NCBI RefSeq assembly: GCF_009914755.1
Contig: NC_060939.1
Direction: 5' to 3' (one strand)
DNA length: 64,000 nucleotides
DNA from: the human T2T-CHM13v2.0 reference genome, Homo sapiens
Positions 63,178 through 64,000 of this stretch are shown here, piece after piece. Position 1 is the first letter of the stretch. Every line of letters begins with the position of its first letter. Under the pieces are notes generated by a model. It was not told the DNA's origin. It made no database searches and saw nothing but the letters and a program-made list of their open reading frames with translations. A program made the position numbers and the translations under genes.

Positions 63178-64000
63178 GCATTCCTTTTTTAAAAAAGGCG
63201 TATCTCAGGGATATCTGGTACACTTCCTCTCTTCTATCCAGATGCCCAAACTCTGTATACGTCTCAGGCCCGACACAAGTATTAGTTACTCTGTGAAGCC
63301 AGGGTTAGAGCACTGGCCTGCCTCCCTGCGCACCACCCACAGAGGATGGCGGCACGGTTTCCATCAGGTCACATAGCTGGGCCCTCCGTTATGTCAGCCA
63401 GCCTTGGGAGGGACGAAATGTTGGCAAGGAAAATGAGGATCTATCGTGCCCAGCTGTACACAGAGCAAGTCTTCTAGCCCAGAGAGGAAGAGCCCTCCTG
63501 CAGACCACTGGACTGTTTGGGGTCTGCTGAGGAACACGTGGACTGCCCCTGCTGCCCAGGCTCCACTGGTTCTAGTTAAGCTGGGTTAGGACTCACACTA
63601 GTGAGTCCCACACTAGCCCGCTTGGGCACTTCGAGATCCTGCAGGTGGACTTGGTGGCATTCCTCACAGCAGAGTGGCCACTGGGCACTATGATCAATTG
63701 GTAAACACCCAACTAATACTTAGGAGTGACACCTTCCTTTATTCACATAATGAAAGGTACTCTCTCTCCCACTGAAACTCCTACATGGTTTATTTATTTG
63801 GGATAGTCCATTTTTTTTTATTTTAACGGAAATAACTCAAAAGAATTGCTAGCTTTTCTAAATGGCAATATGACTTCATCGTCAGACACGCCTTGGGCTG
63901 AAATTCTCCCGCCCACGAACCATAGCCCCATTCCATTCCTCCTCAGGAGATTCATGAGACCTGCACTAACACTTCTCAGTCAAGCCCTAGGCGCTGTGTC

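Noticed and set aside
63200-64000. Search for OCA2 exon 11
   Set aside because: I found no matching coding sequence. It probably lies just beyond the window end.

Overview
Human genomic DNA (Alu-, L1- and LTR-rich) from the middle of OCA2 (P protein, chr15q12-13), which runs on the minus strand. Eight canonical coding exons are present (exons 12-19 in 24-exon numbering, about aa 395-693). All have AG/GT boundaries, and together they give 897 nt, or 299 in-frame codons. About 99% of the window is intron, mostly retroelements, plus two minisatellites. The most notable non-canonical element is a stop-containing cassette ('poison') exon about 1.2 kb into intron 18, encoding GLGLVQAGRYYLSTPES*, which I recall as the truncated OCA2 isoform. 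Other points of interest are a sense-oriented HERV-H (LTR7-family) solo LTR, a nested ERV1 LTR cluster, a 51-bp VNTR that multimerises ARE/CCAAT/CRE-like motifs, a hairpin-unit minisatellite, inverted Alu pairs around exons, and a (TG)6 acceptor at exon 13. I found no prokaryotic-type or wholly new system. Nearly all ORFs in the track are repeat-derived or chance. Repeat subfamily names, rsIDs and isoform identities are from memory and were not checked against databases.
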